From positions 1-25,883 of IMG/VR virus record IMGVR_UViG_3300024520_000444: 25,883 nt of DNA; one strand, 5' to 3'. Shown here piece after piece: positions 25,672 through 25,883 of the stretch. Under the pieces are notes generated by a model that worked only from the letters and a program-made list of their open reading frames with translations, made no database searches and was not told where the DNA came from. How positions within the stretch are numbered: the first letter of the stretch is position 1; each line of letters begins with the position of its first letter. The stretch is from a virus. Its lineage: Duplodnaviria; Caudoviricetes. The translations under genes and the position numbers were made by a program.

Positions 25672-25883
25672 AAGAAAAGAAGATTGGTGGGCATGGCATA
25701 GGTTAAACCCTCATGTATGGAGATTGTTTGAGAAGTACAGTTTCGAGGCAATCAAGAGCGGTAGAGAGAACTACAGTGCATGGGCAGTCATTCAAAGGAT
25801 TCGTTGGCACACAACGATAGAAACACAAGGTGCAGATTTCAAAATATCAAACGACTATATAGCTTTCTATTCCAGATTGTTCC
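25652..25883 (+). CDS. Partial hypothetical phage protein
   Basis: ATG 25652, MTKELSERKEDWWAWHRLNPHVWRLFEKYS..RIRW..KISNDYIAFYSRLF, open to the window end. Confidence 0.7.
   Translation, partial: MTKELSERKEDWWAWHRLNPHVWRLFEKYSFEAIKSGRENYSAWAVIQRIRWHTTIETQGADFKISNDYIAFYSRLF

Noticed and set aside
1-25883. tRNA, rRNA, integrase or transposase genes
   Set aside because: None recognised by eye; a tRNA scan was not run

Overview
AT-rich segment of a tailed dsDNA phage genome; the gene set suggests an uncultured aquatic podovirus-like phage (inference). Bases 1-9335 are a minus-strand packaging/head module: TerS, a LexA-like DNA-binding domain, a Ref-like nuclease, TerL, a 746-aa unknown protein, portal, GroES and a scaffold-like protein. 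Bases 9470-17150 are a plus-strand early-type unit from a sigma70-like promoter to a strong terminator, including a MoxR-like AAA+ ATPase and a metallopeptidase-VWA gene. The rest holds small regulators, a T7 gp4-like primase-helicase, RusA, a Cas4-like nuclease, Sak3, an SSB-like gene and small ORFs. The main surprises are non-coding. (1) Four complete hammerhead ribozymes (two type I, two type III) lie in early-unit intergenic gaps, each just upstream of a ribosome-binding site. (2) A ~570-nt ORF-free, densely pairing RNA candidate heads the early unit. (3) A 20-bp palindrome, AATATTGAC-CA-GTCAATATT, with an invariant asymmetric centre occurs nine times between 9.4 and 25.5 kb, including inside genes, and was not seen in the structural module. 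All calls come from reading the sequence by eye; no searches or folding programs were run.
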